A stretch of DNA of 64,000 nt from an uncultured Actinomycetota bacterium (GCA_963816625.1 CAWFLC010000002.1:246779-310778), one strand, 5' to 3'; counted from the stretch's first letter, positions 20,558 to 35,108 are shown. The notes: generated by a model from the letters alone, not told the origin. Made by a program: numbers and translations.

Positions 20558-22562
20558 TCAGTCGCCGCCGGTGTTCGCGCGGGGACCACGCTGCGGGCCG
20601 CGGGCGAGAGTCGCGTCGAAGCGGTCCATGTCCTTGTCGGTGCTGGAGCTCAGCTGCCATGGCACGCTGGTGACCATGACGCCCGGCTCGAAGAGCAGCC
20701 GGCCCTTGAGCCGCAGGGCGCTCTGGTTGTGCAGCAGATGCTCCCACCACTTGCCGACCACGTACTCCGGGATGAACACCGTCACCACGTCGCGCGGCGC
20801 GTCGCGCCGCCGCGACTTGACGAAGTCGATGATCGGCCGGGTGATCTCCCGGTACGGCGAGTCGACGACGGTCAGCGGCACCGGGATGCCCCGCCGCTCC
20901 CACTCCGCCTGCAGGTTGCGGGTGTCGTTCTCGTCGACGTTGACGGTGACCGCGGTGAGCGTGTCCGGCCGGGTCGCCATTGCGTAGGCCACCGCCCGCA
21001 TCGTCGGCATGTGCACCTTGCTGACCAGGACCACCGCGTGGTTCCGGGCCGGCAGCACCGGCCGGTCCTCGGCCGGAGCCAGCTCGACGGCCACCCGGTC
21101 GTAGTGCCGCCTGATGCCCAGCATGATGAAGAAGATGACCACCATGGCGATGATCGCGATGTACGCCCCGAGCAGGAACTTCGTGATCAGCACGACGACC
21201 AGCACCGCGCCGGTCATGGTCAGGCCGATCATGTTGATCGTCCGCGAGCGGACCATCCGGTGTCGCACGGCCGGGTCGCGCTCGGTTTTCAGCAACCGGT
21301 TCCAGTGCCGCATCATGCCGGTCTGCGACACCGTGAAGGAGACGAACACACCGACGATGTACAGCTGGATGAGCCGGGTCACCTCGGCCTTGAAGCCGAT
21401 GACGAGCACCATCGCGAAGAGAGCCAGCAGGATGATGCCGTTGGAGAAGGCCAGCCGGTCGCCGCGGGTGTGCAACTGGCGCGGCAGGTAGCGGTCCTGC
21501 GCGAGGATCGAGCCGAGCACCGGGAAGCCGTTGAAGGCGGTGTTGGCGGCCAGCAAGAGGATCAGCGCGGTGACCACGGCCACCACGTACAACAGGATGG
21601 AGCCGCTGCCGAAGACGGTCTCGCCGAGTTGGGTGGTGACCGTCTTCTGCACGTAGTCGACCGGCCCCTCGACGATCTGGCTGGGCCGCTCGACGAACTG
21701 CACGTGGGTCAGCCGGGCGAGCACCACGATGCCGATCAGCATGCTGATCGAGAGGACACCGAGCAGCAGCAGCGTGGTGGCGGCGTTCTTGCTCTTCGGC
21801 GGCTTGAACGCGGGCACGCCGTTGGAGATGGCCTCGACTCCGGTCAGCGCGGCACAGCCGGACGAGAACGTCCGCAGCAGCAGGAAGCCCATGGCCAACT
21901 GCGACATGTCGCCGGTGTGCTCGGCCGCTGATGACCAGATCCGCGCTCGGCGCCCGCAGGTCCTCGCCGAGCACGAAGATGCGGATCAAGCCGGTCAGCA
22001 CCATGCCGAGAATAATGATCATGAAGCCGTACGTCGGGATCGCGAACGCCGCCCCGGACTCGCGGACGCCGCGCAGGTTCATCGAGGCGAGCACGACGAT
22101 CGCGATGACCGCGATGGCGACCTTGTGATCCGCTACCCACGGCACCACCGAGCCGAGGTTCGCCACGCCGGAGGCCGTCGACACGGCCACCGTCAGCACG
22201 TAGTCGACGAGCAGCGCGCTGGCCACCGCCACCCCGAAACGCGGCCCCAGGTTGACCGAGGCCACCTCGTAGTCACCGCCGCCGGACGGGTAGGCGTGCA
22301 CGTTCTGCCGGTAGCTGGCCACCACGGTCAGCATGACCACCGCGACGGCGAGCGCGATCCACGGAGCGAACGCGAGCCAGGTAGCACCGGCCACCGACAG
22401 GGTCAGCAGGATCTCGTCCGGTGCGTAAGCGACCGAGGAGAGCGCGTCGGAGGCGAAGACGGGCAGGGCGATCCGCTTGGGCAGCAGCGTGTGCTGCAAC
22501 CGGTCGGACCGGAACGGCCGGCCGACGAGCAGCCGCTTGAGCAGGGAGGTGGGACTGGCCAC
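20558..22562 (-). CDS. APC-family permease (KimA/YdaO-like K+ transporter); frameshift near 21930
   Basis: FASDALSSVAYA, YPSGGGDY, GCAALTGVEAISNGVP, SPYREI, LLHNQSA. Confidence 0.88.
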
Positions 22563-22685
22563 GACTGGTAAGCGTACGGGCGGGGGCCGTTCGACGCCTG
22601 CAGGGTCCGGCCCGCGCTTTCACCTGGCTCATGCCATGCTCATTCTCGTCCTGTAGGCGCTTGTCCGGTTCGGAGGCCGACGCCA

Positions 22686-23358
22686 GTGCACGTGGTGATC
22701 ATGGGTTGCGGCCGGGTCGGCTCAACCCTCGCGCACAGCCTCGAGCACCGCGGGCACTCGGTGGCCGTGATCGACGTCAACGCCGACGCGTTCCGCCGCC
22801 TCGGCGCCGAGTTCACCGGCCTCACGGTCACCGGCATCGGCTTCGACCGCGACGTGCTCGTGGACGCCGGCATCGAGCGGGCCGACGCCTTCGCCGCGGT
22901 CTCCAGCGGCGACAACTCCAACATCATCTCGGCCCGGCTGGCGCGGGAGACGTTCGGGTGTCCAACGGGTCGTCGCCCGCATCTACGACGCGAAGCGCGC
23001 CGAGGTCTACGAGCGGCTCGGCATCCCGACCGTGGCGACCGTGCGCTGGACCGCCGACCGGATGCTGCGCCACCTCGTCCCGGAGGGCACGGTCGAGGTC
23101 TGGCGCGACCCGACCAGTCGACGGTCTCCATCGTCGAGGTGCCGCTGCACCGCGGACTGGATCGGCCGCCCGGTCAGGCCGCTGGAGGAGCGCCACCGGC
23201 GCCCGGGTGGCCTACCTGATGCGCTTCGGCATCGGCCACGCTGCCCACCCCGTCGACCGTGCTGCAGGACGGCGACCAGGTCTTCATGCTGGTCACCGAC
23301 GACATGGTCGGCCGGTGCTACGAAGATCACCGGTACGGCGCCCGAAGGAGGGCACTGA
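22686..23358 (+). CDS. trkA: TrkA/CeoB-type RCK potassium uptake protein; frameshifted
   Basis: VIMGCGRVG, GIGFDRD, SSGDNSN, ATVRWTAD. Confidence 0.85.
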
Positions 23359-23360
23359 CC

Positions 23361-24067
23361 ATGCGGATCGCCATCGCCGGGGCCGGCAACGTCGGCCGGT
23401 CGATCGCCCAGGAGCTGATCGACAACGGCCACCAGGTCATGCTCATCGAGCGCCAGCCGCGGCAGCTGCGCCCGGAGCGGGTCCCGGAGGCCGAGTGGGT
23501 GCTCGCCGACGCCTGCGAGCTGGCCAGCCTCGCAGGAGGCCGACGTGGCCGGCTGCGACGTGGTGGTCGCGGCCACCGGCGACGACAAGGTCAACCTGGT
23601 GGTGTCGCTGCTGGCCAAGACCGAGTTCGCGGTCGCCCGGGTGGTCGCCCGGGTCAACCGCGCCGAGAACGAGTGGCTGTTCACCGAGCAGTGGGGCGTC
23701 GACGTGGCGGTCAGCAAGCCGCGCCTGATGGCCGCCCTGGTCGAGGAGGCGGTCACGGTCGGCGACCTGGTCCGGCTGATGACCTTCCGGCAGGGCGAGG
23801 CCAACCTCGTGGAGATCACGCTGCCGCCGACCGCGCCCTACGTCGGGCGAGCCGGTCCGCGACGTGCCGCTGCCGCGCGACTCGGCGCTGGTGGCGATCC
23901 TGCGCGGCAAGCGGGTGCTGGTGCCGACCCCGGACGACCCGCTGGAGGCCGGCGACGAGCTGATCTTCGTGTGCACCGCGGAGGTCGAGGACACGGTCCG
24001 CGCGGTCATCCTGGGCGCGGACAGCGTCGAGAAGACCCGCGGCACGGCCGCTGCAGGGCTGCCCTGA
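23361..24067 (+). CDS. trkA: TrkA/CeoC-type RCK potassium uptake protein; frameshifted
   Basis: RIAIAGAGNVG, ATGDDKVNLV, WGVDVAV, LEAGDEL. Confidence 0.85.
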
Positions 24068-24853
24068 GGCCTGGCCGGCCTGCTCCGTGGGCGCCGCGGT
24101 CACCCGGCGGACGCGCCCACACGGTGAAGGCGAACGCGGCAGGCGTAGATGCGGCCAGCGATCAGGATCCGGACGATGCCGAGCGCGGTCGGGCCGGTCC
24201 GCGCAGGTCGTCTAGAGGCCAGGTCCTGGACGCCCGGCCCGGACGAAGTAGCGAGCCGCCCAGACCAGGGTCAGCCAGCTGGAAGGTGCGGACCAGCCGG
24301 GGGTTGTCGCGCCAGTCGGTGCTCGCCGCCGTCGGCCATGACGCGCCCAGACCCAGCCGACCAGCGGCCGGCGGACCAGCGACCGAGCGACCACGGCGAC
24401 CGCGTACCTGGCCAGCTGAGCAGGATGCCGGGCAGGTAGAAGTCCTTCGGGCGTCGCCGGTGCGCCAGGCCAGGAACGCGCCGATCGCGATGCCGAACAG
24501 GCCGTTGACCGCGTGCCGGACCGGCTGCTTGCGGGCCAGCCGGTAGACGCCGATCGAGCAGCGGCGACCACCGAGCCGCGATCGCCCAGTACAGCGCGGT
24601 GCGCTGTGGCCAGCCAGCCGGTGTCGCCGAGCAGACGTTGAGCGATCACGAAGAGCGAGCACCGGGATGCTCGACTCGATCAGGCCCGCGGACACCGCCG
24701 AGCTGCTCGGCGATCTGCTCGCTATGAGGGAAGGGCTCGTCGTCGCTCCTCGGGCGACGTCGCGGTCGCTCGTCGACCTCCTCGGCGACCTCGGTCCTCG
24801 ACCTCGTCCGCGGTCGCGTGCCGGCGTGACGCGGCTCGCATGCCGGGTGTCAC
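24064..24853 (-). CDS. DUF3159-family membrane protein; heavily frameshifted, ends approximate
   Basis: GLIESSIPV, YRLARKQPVRHAVNGLFGIAIGA, WRDNPRLVRTF fragments; typical synteny. Confidence 0.65.
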
Positions 24854-25271
24854 CGGGGCGCCTCCAGCTCGTAGTACGGGTTGTAGATGACCTTGCGGTC
24901 GTCGCGGATCGGCGATCCGGCCACGCGCGGTGAGCTGCCGGCCGGGCTCGATGCCGGCGATGTGCCGGCGGCCCAGGAAGACCAGCGTGACCACGTCGCT
25001 GCCGTCGTAGAGGTCGGCCTCCAGCGTCGGCAGGTTGGTGCGGGGAGTGTAGACCACCGTCCGCAGCCGGCCGGACACCGACGACGACCTGGCCGCGGCT
25101 GCACTCGGCCGGCCGGCATGCGCGCCGGACTTGGCGCTCTCGCGCTGCAGCTCCTCGGCGTCCAGCTCCGCCTCGGTGGCGGTCAGCCGGTCGCAGGAAC
25201 CGGCGGAACCGCGAGGGCCGTGTGTCGCTCGTCCGTCGCCATGACCTGTCGTCATCCTCCTCGGCCGACAC
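24850..25271 (-). CDS. OB-fold nucleic-acid-binding protein; frameshifted
   Basis: PTLEADLYDGSDVVTLVFLGRRHIAGIEPGR, IYNPYYEL. Confidence 0.8.
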
Positions 25272-25362
25272 AGCCCTTCTTTCGAAGGTACAGCCGGACG
25301 GCCGTGTCCGGCGCTCCCGGCGACGAGGTCGCGGCGACGGCTCGTCGGCGCGCTGGCCGGGG

Positions 25363-26135
25363 TTACGGCCGTTCGGCCCGGTCGGCCCGCCGGTCTGGCC
25401 GGATGCTGCGCCGCTGCCGGCGGCGGCCTGCCTCGGCCTGCCGCTCGGCGGCCTGCTGCTCGGCCATCTCCTTGGGCAGCCGCAGCGGCAGCGGCTCGCG
25501 GACCGGCTCGGCCTCGTCGCCGCGGTCGACCACCAGGCCCTCCAGGCACTCGACGAGCGCGCCGGCGGCGACCGGGTCGGTCGCGGCCGGGCCCTGGTAG
25601 ACCGCCCGGACCATCCAGCGCGGCCCGTCCACGCCGACGAACCGCACGTCGGTCAGGCCCTCGGGCGTGCGCACCCGGGCGCGCAGCTCGGTGCCGTACG
25701 TCGCCGTCGACCTCCTCGGCCGCGACGCCGTCGCTGAACAGCTGCTTGCGGATCTCCTCGCGCACCTCGTCCCAGATGCCCTCGCTGCGCGGCGCCGCGA
25801 ACACGCCGAGCTGCAGCGCGCTCTCCCCGTCGACCAGCACGACCTGCTGGACGACGCCGTCGGGGTTGGCCTGCACCCGCACCTCGACGCCCTCGACCGC
25901 GGGCATCTGCAGGCTGCCCAGGTCGAGCCGCTGCGCACGCCGGCGCGGTGCCTCGGTGACGTCGTACGGGCCGCTGGCGTCGGTCGCGCCGTTCGGCCCT
26001 CGTCCCGGTCGGGCACGCGTCGACTGCGCTCAGCGCCGGTCGAGCGGCGCGTGCCGTCACCGGCGTGCGCGTCGCCTTGCCGGCCGCACCGCGCTTCCGG
26101 CGCGCCACCCTGCCCCGCTTCCGGGAGAACATCAC
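25363..26135 (-). CDS. DUF3710-family protein; frameshifted
   Basis: [37 protein letters not shown]. Confidence 0.8.
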
Positions 26136-26627
26136 TGCTGCCTCCTGTGCACTGCGCCGACGAGCCCGGCGTGCCCGCCGGTCGAGCCGTGGCCGCCGGC
26201 GCCCCGGGCGGTGTCGGGAAGTTCGTCGACGACGGTGGAAGTCTGCACGCTCCACCCGCTGGACGACAAGCTGGGCGATCCGGTCACCACGGGAGATCTT
26301 CGCGGTGCTCACCCGATCGTGGTTGACCAGGTTGACCAGGATCTCGCCGCGGTAGCCGGCGTCGACCGTACCGGGCGCGTTGAGCACCGTCACGCCCAGC
26401 CGGGCGGCCAGGCCGGAGCGCGGGTGCACCAGGCCGACGTAGCCGTCCGGCAGCGCGATCGGCGACGCCGGTGCGCACCAGCCGCGCGCTCGCCCGGCGC
26501 CAGCTCGACGTCCTCGGCCGCGACCAGGTCGGCGCCGGCGTCGCCCGGGTGGGCGTAGGCCGGCAGCGGCAGGTCGGGGTCGAGCTGGCGCACCGGGCAC
26601 GTCGGTCACGGTGACGCTGTCCGTCAT
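26132..26627 (-). CDS. dut: dUTP diphosphatase; frameshifted
   Basis: [45 protein letters not shown]. Confidence 0.92.
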
Positions 26628-26700
26628 CGTGCGTCGGGGCGGCACTCCATCCTGCCATCCTGCCGTGCTCGCCGACGGAGGCGCGCCGTACCCTCGCAGC

Positions 26701-27194
26701 GTGACCCGCACCGACGCACCCACGCCGCTACACCGAACGGCTGACGGTCGCCTGGTGGCTCTGGCTTGCCGGCGATCGCTGTCGGCGGGACTGCTCGGCG
26801 ATCGAGGTCTGCTTGATCGGCTCCGGCGCCTGCGCACCTGGGTGCCGTTCGTGGTGCTGCTGCCGTTCGACCGCGGTGCTGCTGTGTCGTGGCTCGGCCG
26901 CATCCGGGTCGCCGTGACGGACGACGAGTTGCTGGTCGACGACGCCCGGCTGCCGCTGCGCGTTCGATCGCCGATGCGACAGTCGCTGGACGCCGCCGGC
27001 AAGCGCGAGCTGCTCGGCCCGTGGCGCGCAGCCGCTCGCGTTCGTCGTCCAGCGGCCGTGGATCGCGCGGCGCCGTGCAGGTGCTCCTGGACGACCCGGC
27101 CGACCCGACGCCGTACTGGGTGGTCAGCACCCGGCACCCGGTCGAGCTGGCGACCGCCCTGCTGGCGAGCGGCGAGCGTCAGCGGCCTCGATGA
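26701..27194 (+). CDS. DUF3093-family protein; frameshifted
   Basis: [18 protein letters not shown] motif; divergent from dut. Confidence 0.8.
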
Positions 27195-28049
27195 TCTCGC
27201 GGTGACCGCGTTCTGCTGCAGGTCCTTGCTGCACCGTGCTCGCCCAGGGCCCGGGTGGCCCGCCGGTTGAGGTAGCTGGCCACCGCCGCGCCGGTGAGCA
27301 TCGGGCCGAGCGTGGTCAGGTTGCGGCCGAACCGGCGCAGCAGCGCGCTCGCGCAGCTCCTTGCGGGCGGCCGTGCCGAGCACGGCGGCGACGCCCGACG
27401 CCGGGCATCAGCGGGTTGACGCCGCGCTGCTGCGACCACGCCTGCATCAGCGCGACCGCGCGCTGGCGGCCGGCGCCGGGGATCGGCCGGCCGTAGACCT
27501 CGTGCAGCTCGCCGATCGAGCTTGATCTCGATCGCGACCACGGCCACGGTCTCGGCGGCCAGCAGCACCGGCGCGGTCAGCAGGGTGGGCGTGGCGACCC
27601 ACTCGACGCGAGGCGACGCCGCCGCCGGCCGCGCCGATCCCGGCGGTGGTCACCGGGCGGCGTTGCGGATCAGCCGCTCGGCCAGCTCGTCGTCGTCCAG
27701 GCCGGCGAAGTGGCGGCGCAGCGTCTCGAGGTCGCGGACCGGCACGTGCGGGGCGATGTCGGTGACCGCGTCGGCCATCCAGCGCAGCGCGGCCTTCGGG
27801 CTGGAACAGCTGGCCGAGCCCGCGGCGCGGATCTCGCCGACCAGTCGGCCGAGCAGCTGCGGCGCTGGCCGGGCTCGAGGTCGTCGGCGGTCAGCTGCGC
27901 GCGACGGTCGTGCCGAGCTCGGTCGCAGCCGGCGTCGACCGGTCGGCTCGGCAGAGTCGTGCTCGTCTGGTTCGGACGGCGCCGGTCGTCCGGCGTCGGC
28001 TCGTCGCGTCCGGTCGGCTGGCTCCGGCTATGCCCTGCGTCGGCGTCAT
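27179..28049 (-). CDS. Conserved hypothetical protein; frameshifted, start uncertain
   Basis: [45 protein letters not shown] fragments. Confidence 0.55.
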
Positions 28050-28137
28050 TCGCCAGTCGAGCCGGTCCTGCCCGCCGAGTCGGTCACGGCGGCGTCCGTG
28101 TCGGACCGACCGCCGGTGCGCTGCGCGCGATCGCCGG

Positions 28138-28437
28138 TCAGGCGCACTCGCGGCAGATCAGCTCGCCGTTCCGCTCCGCCGCCAGCTGGCTGCGGTGGTG
28201 CACCAGGAAACAGCGGGAGCAGCGGAACTCGTCGGCCTGCATCGGCAGGACCTTGACGGTCAGCTCCTCGTCGGCCAGGTCGGCGCCGGGCAGCTCGAAG
28301 CTCTCCGCCACCTCGGCCTCGTCGACGTCGACGGTCGCCCGACTGTGCAGTCGGTCGCGACGGGCCTTGAGCTCCTCGAGGCTGTCCTCGCCGAGGTCGA
28401 CCTCGTCGCGACGCGGGGCGTCGTAGTCGGTGGCCAT
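28138..28437 (-). CDS. DUF4193-family protein
   Basis: MATDYDAPR, FELPGADL, QADEFRCSRCFLVHHRSQL, CREC. Confidence 0.9.
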   Translation of the reverse strand: MATDYDAPRRDEVDLGEDSLEELKARRDRLHSRATVDVDEAEVAESFELPGADLADEELTVKVLPMQADEFRCSRCFLVHHRSQLAAERNGELICRECA

Positions 28438-28913
28438 CGGTTTCACACTCCCGTATTCGTATTGTCGCCCGGTGTAACGCGGGACTGTCGGTGTTGTCGT
28501 TCCCCAGCGGTGTCCACTTACTGACGCCGTCTCTGCCACGGTGCACCCTTCCCGCGGAAACGGTCCCGGCGAGCGCGGTACCTTACCGCCCTCCGTGCGA
28601 GGTTGTACGCCCACGCGCGGCAAGTTGTTCCCGATGTGACTCAGGCGACACAAAGGTAGGTGGCAATGGTCACCGATCCTCGTCGCCGCGCCGACGTCGC
28701 CCAGAACTGTTCGGCCCTTCGGGTGACCCGCGCCGCGGCGATGAGACGATACCGCCGCCGGCACGCCGTGTGGGCACTCGGCGGGAACTTCCGCGGTGTC
28801 GGCGGGGAGCGGCAGCAAGTTTGCCGGTCAGGCGCTAACCTCGGCGGCAGCCAGCGCGTCTGAACAAGGGACGTCGGTCGAGAAACACACACTGCGGCAC
28901 CGGGAGCCGAAGG

Positions 28914-29440
28914 ATGAGCTTTGCACGCGTGCGAGCGCTCGCCGTGGTCGGGGTGCTCGTGGTGGCCGCGATCGTCTTCGTGACCGTCGCCCTGGTCAAG
29001 GACCGGCAGTCCGGCACGGCCGAGGCCACAGGGCTGCCCGACAGACGCGGTGATGGCCAACATGACGCTGCCCGACGAGCAGGACGTCAAGGTCAACGTC
29101 TACAACGCGACCGACAAGCCCGGCCTCGCCAGCGAAATCGACCAACGAGTTCACCAACCGCAAGTTCAAGGTGCTCAAGTCCGGCAACGACCCGGCCAAG
29201 AAGCCGGTGACCAAGGTCGCCGCGCTGCGCTACGGGCCGAAGGCCGTCGGCGCCGCCTGGCTGCTGCGGGCGTACTTCCTCAACCAGGCCGATCCGCAGT
29301 TCGACACCAAGCGGACCGATGACGTGGTCGACGTGGTGATCGGCACGGCGTTCAAGCAGCTGGCCACCACGACCGAGGTCAACCAGGCGCTGGCCCAGCT
29401 GGGCGACCCGGTGCTGCCCCCGGGCACGTGCTCGGCCTGA
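28914..29440 (+). CDS. LytR C-terminal domain membrane protein; frameshifted
   Basis: N-terminal TM; VNVYNATDKPGLA, RYGPKA, VDVVIG. Confidence 0.78.
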
Positions 29441-29450
29441 CCGCGGCCGC

Positions 29451-30292
29451 CTACGGCTCTCCGGCCGCGTCGAGTTCGACCAGCCGCGTCGTGCAGAAGC
29501 TCGTGCAGCGCGGGCGGGGCGGCGACCACCAGGTCCGGCCCGGGCGGCGCGCCGGCGAGGCCGGTGACCAGCAGGCCGGCCTCCGCGGGCGATCAGGCCG
29601 CCGGCCGCGTGGTCCCACGCGTTGAGGCCCTTCTCGTAGTACGCGTCCAGCCGCCCCTCGGCGGCCAGGCAGAGGTCGAGCGCCGCCGACGCCGAACCGC
29701 CGGATGTCGCGGATCTGCGTGATCAGGCCGGCCACCACCGGCCGCCTGGTGCGCCCGCCGGGCCGCGTCGTAGCCGAAGCCGGTGCCGACCAGGGCCTGG
29801 CCGAGCCGGGTCTCGTGGGAGCCGCTCAGCCGGTGCTCCCCCGCGCAGGCGCCGCCGCCCAGGGTCGCGGTCCACTCCTCGCCGGTCGCGGCGTTGCGCA
29901 CCACGCCGGCGACGACCTCACCGTCGCACCTCGGCCGCCAGCGATACGGCGTACTGCGGCAGGCCGTACAGGTAGTTCACGGTGCCGTCGATCGGGTCGA
30001 GGATCCACCGCACGCTCCGATCGCGGCGTCGTCCTCGCCGTACTCCTCGCCGAGCACCTGATCGGCCGGCCGGGCGGCGGCGAGCGCGGCACGCACCTGC
30101 CGCTCGACGGCCTGGTCGGCGGCGGTGACAACGTCGGTATCGGTCGTCTTGGTGGACACGCCGGAGACGCCGCGCGACACGCATCTCGCGGGCGAGGTCG
30201 GCGGCCGCGCGGACCACCGACAGGGCCAGGGCGAGAAGGTCGGCGGGCGTCCGGCGGCACGGTATCGTGTCAGGCGTTCCATGGTCCGTCAT
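29451..30292 (-). CDS. suhB: Inositol monophosphatase family protein; frameshifted
   Basis: TDVVTAAD, LGEE, WILDPIDGTVNYLYG, GTGFGY, DIRR. Confidence 0.85.
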
Positions 30293-30544
30293 CCTTTCAA
30301 CGCGCCGTCCACCTTCCTCCGGCGGGGATCGCTTCTTGTTCGCTCGAACGCCGCGCCGACCGGGCAAGACAGGATGATCGGGGCCAGAGGGCGTTACAAT
30401 TCACGCCTGCCCGCCCGTCACGGATCCGCCCCGGTTGTCACGGCGCACGGGTTGCACCCAAACACACCGGCCACTCAGCACGGCCGCGCCGTGCGCGAGA
30501 CCGGCCACACGGCCGCGCTCGCTCATCGCACCGGAAGGTCGTTC

Positions 30545-32306
<1,762 letters not shown>

Positions 32307-32561
32307 GCCGAGAGCTGAACCGGCACCTGTCGCCCTGCGCCACGCACGGGTGCGTGTCAGGCTGTGCTGGTGTGGTTCCGATCACCGTGGGCATAACCCG
32401 TGCTGTTACACGGCAAGGCTAGGCTGAGATCTGCAGGGCAGCGAAATGTGACGTCGGTCCCGTGACTCGAATCGGGAACGACGCCAGGCACGGAGATGTT
32501 GCACGCTACATGGAACGACGCAAGGAAAGCGTTCGTCGGTGACGATCCGAGGAGGAAGGCG

Positions 32562-32783
32562 ATGACCCCGACCCTCACGCCGCCGCCGGAAACGGCGGCA
32601 CCCCCCGCCGCCGAGGAACGGTGCGACCGCTGCAGCGCGGCCGGGAAACTCCGAGTTCGGCTCGCCGAAGGTGGCGATCTGATCTTCTGCGGACATCACG
32701 CGAACAAGTACGCCGAGCAACTGGTGAAGATCGCAGTGGAGGTGGCTGTCGACCCGGAATTCTCTGGCGCGGCACCGAGCTGA
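32562..32783 (+). CDS. Small conserved actinobacterial putative Zn-binding protein
   Basis: RCDRC...LIFCGHH motif; RBS GGAGGAAGG. Confidence 0.75.
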   Translation: MTPTLTPPPETAAPPAAEERCDRCSAAGKLRVRLAEGGDLIFCGHHANKYAEQLVKIAVEVAVDPEFSGAAPS

Positions 32784-32808
32784 TGGCCAGCTAATCGATA
32801 TCGCAGTT

Positions 32809-32839
32809 CGCAGGGCGACCCCATCTGGGGCGCCCTGCG
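32809..32839. terminator. Hairpin between convergent genes
   Basis: CGCAGGGCG(A)CCCCA-TC-TGGGGCGCCCTGCG. Confidence 0.55.
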
Positions 32840-32875
32840 GTCATTTTCGGGGTCGGTCCACCGGTCGCCCGTTGC

Positions 32876-34608
32876 CTAGATCGTCTGGATGGTCGCGATC
32901 CGCTCCTCCAGCTGCTCGATCGTGGCCTGCGCGCTCGGCGGGCCACCGCACAGCCGCCGCAGCTCGGCGTGGATCTTGCCGTGCGGCAGCCCGGTCCGGT
33001 GGTGGTGCGCGGCCACCAGCGCGTTGAGCTGACGACGCAGCACGATGCGCCGCTCCCCCGCGGTCCGCGGCCCGGCCGGCTGGATCGGGCGTCACCGCCT
33101 CCGTCGCGGCCGTGCGCCCGGCGCTTCGCGGCGGCCACCTGCTCGGCCTGCCGCTTGGTCAGCAGCGCCGCCACCTGGTCGGCGCTGAGCAGGCCGGGCA
33201 GGCCCAGGTACTCCTCCTCCTCGGGCGTACCGGACTGCGCCGGCATGCCGAACGTCGCGCCGTCGAAGATGACCTGGTCGAGCTCGGCCGTGGCGGACAG
33301 CGCCTCGAACGTCTTCTCCAGCTCGCCGCTGGCCTGCTCCTCGCCGCTGGGCGCGCTCGAGCAGGTCGTCGTCGAAGCCGTCCTGCGTCCTTCGGCGCGC
33401 CGAGGACGTGGTCGCGCTGGGCCTCCATCTCGCTGGCCAGCCCGAGCAGGTGCGGCACGCTCGGCAGGAAGACCGTCGCGGTCTCCCCCGGCTGGCGGGC
33501 CCGCACGAACCGGCCGATCGCCTGGGCGAAGAACAGCGGGGTCGAGGCGCTGGTGGCGTACACGCCGACGGCCAGGCGCGGGATGTCGACGCCCTCGGAC
33601 ACCATCCGTACCGCGACCATCCAGCGCTGGTCCGACTCGGCGAACGACGGCGATCCGGCCGGAGGCGCCCGACGTCGTCGGAGAGCACCACGACGGCCTT
33701 CTCGCCGGTGATCCCGGTCGAGCAGCTTCGCGTACGCCCGGGCCGTCTGCTGATCGCTGGCGATCACCAGACCGGCCGGCGTCGGGCATGCCGCCGGCCC
33801 GCTTGACCTGCAGCCGGGCGTCGGCCGCCCGCAGCACCTGCGGCATCCAGTCGCCGGTCGGGTCGAGCGCGGTGCGCCAGGCCTGCGCGATCAGGTCCTG
33901 CGTCATCGGCTCGCCGAGGCGGGCGGCCAGCTCGTCGCCGGCGATGGTGCGCCAGCGGGTCTCGCCCGAGTACGCGAGGAAGATCACCGGCCGCACGACG
34001 CCGTCGCGCGAGGGCGTCGGCGTAGCCGTAGGTGATGTCGGCCCGGGATCGGGCCAGGCCGTCCTGGCCGCGCTCGTACGACGACGAACGGGATCGGGTT
34101 GTCGTCGGAGCGGAACGGGGTGCCGGTGAGCATCAGCCGCCGTACGGCCGGCTCGAAGGCGGACTTCACCCCGTCGCCCCAGGAGCGCGAGTCGCCGGCG
34201 TGGTGGATCTCGTCGAGGATGACCAGGGTCTTCCGGGTCATCGTGCGCCGCCGGTGGACGGCGGGGGCCATGCCGACCTGCGCGTACGTGACCACGGCGC
34301 CGTGGAAGTCGGACGAGGAGTGCACGTCGGCGTTGCGGAAGCCGGGGTCGAGCTGGATGCCGACCCGGGCGGCGGCGAGCCGCCCACTGCGACTTCAGGT
34401 GCTCGGTCGGGGTGACCACGGTGACCGCGTCGACGGTGCCGTCGGCGAGCAGTTCGGCGGCGATCCGCAGGGCGAACGTGGTCTTGCCGGCGCCGGGCGT
34501 CGCGACCGCGAGGAAGTCCTCGTCGCGCCGCCGCAGGTACTCCACGAGGGCCCTGCGCTGCCAGACACGCAGGCTGGGACCGGCCTCGGGTACCGGGCGC
34601 GGCGGCAT
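32876..34608 (-). CDS. SF2 DEAD/DEAH-box helicase; multiple frameshifts
   Basis: LRVWQ, ATPGAGKT, LDEIHHAG, LTGTPFRSD, MVSEGVDIP, QAIGRFVR. Confidence 0.88.
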
Positions 34609-34688
34609 GCACTACCTCCAGGGCATCACAGACTGCGGGGAAGCCGACGCGCGATGCGCCGGCTTCCCCGATGAACGAGTGTTCTGGG

Positions 34689-34958
34689 TTAGTCGTCGTT
34701 CCTCACGACGTTTTCGTAGAGGTCCTTGCAGACCGGGCAGACCGGGAACCGCTGCGGGTCGCGGGAAGGCACCCACAGTTTGCCGCAAAGCGCCCGCACG
34801 GGCGTGCCCTCCACCATCGCCTGCATGATCTGGTCTTTCGGCGCATAGTGCGAGAACCGCTCGTGATCGCCCGCATCGTAGCGGTAGTCGGTCTGCTCCT
34901 CGACGCGCTCGTCGGTGAGCGTCTTTCCACCGTGCTCGGGAGAGGTCGTCACGGACAC
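34689..34958 (-). CDS. DUF3039-family protein
   Basis: GDHERFSHY, ALCGKLWVPSRDP, CPVCK. Confidence 0.9.
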   Translation of the reverse strand: MSVTTSPEHGGKTLTDERVEEQTDYRYDAGDHERFSHYAPKDQIMQAMVEGTPVRALCGKLWVPSRDPQRFPVCPVCKDLYENVVRNDD

Positions 34959-35027
34959 CAGTCTGCCAGGTTTGCCGGCGAGCGGTCGGCAGCCCCGCCG
35001 CCGCGTAGGGTTGCGGTCGTGTTCAGG

Positions 35028-35108
35028 GAGGGGCGCGCCGAAGGCGCGGTCGGGTGGGCAGGAAGAACATGCGAGGGGCGCGCCGAAGGCGCGGTCGGGT
35101 GGGCAGGA
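35028..35108. repeat. 36-bp direct repeat x2 (45-bp period) ending at the psuG start codon
   Basis: GAGGGGCGCGCCGAAGGCGCGGTCGGGTGGGCAGGA at 35028 and 35073. Confidence 0.93.

Noticed and set aside
28635-28650. CRP-like site TGTGA-N6-CGACA between DUF4193 and the LytR_C gene
   Set aside because: Only one good half-site; it cannot be distinguished from chance without a matrix scan or conservation data.
32310-32560. Possible ncRNA in the longer intergenic gaps (also 28440-28910 and 927-1180)
   Set aside because: No recognisable tRNA, tmRNA, SRP, RNase P or riboswitch signature; the sizes are compatible with promoter regions.
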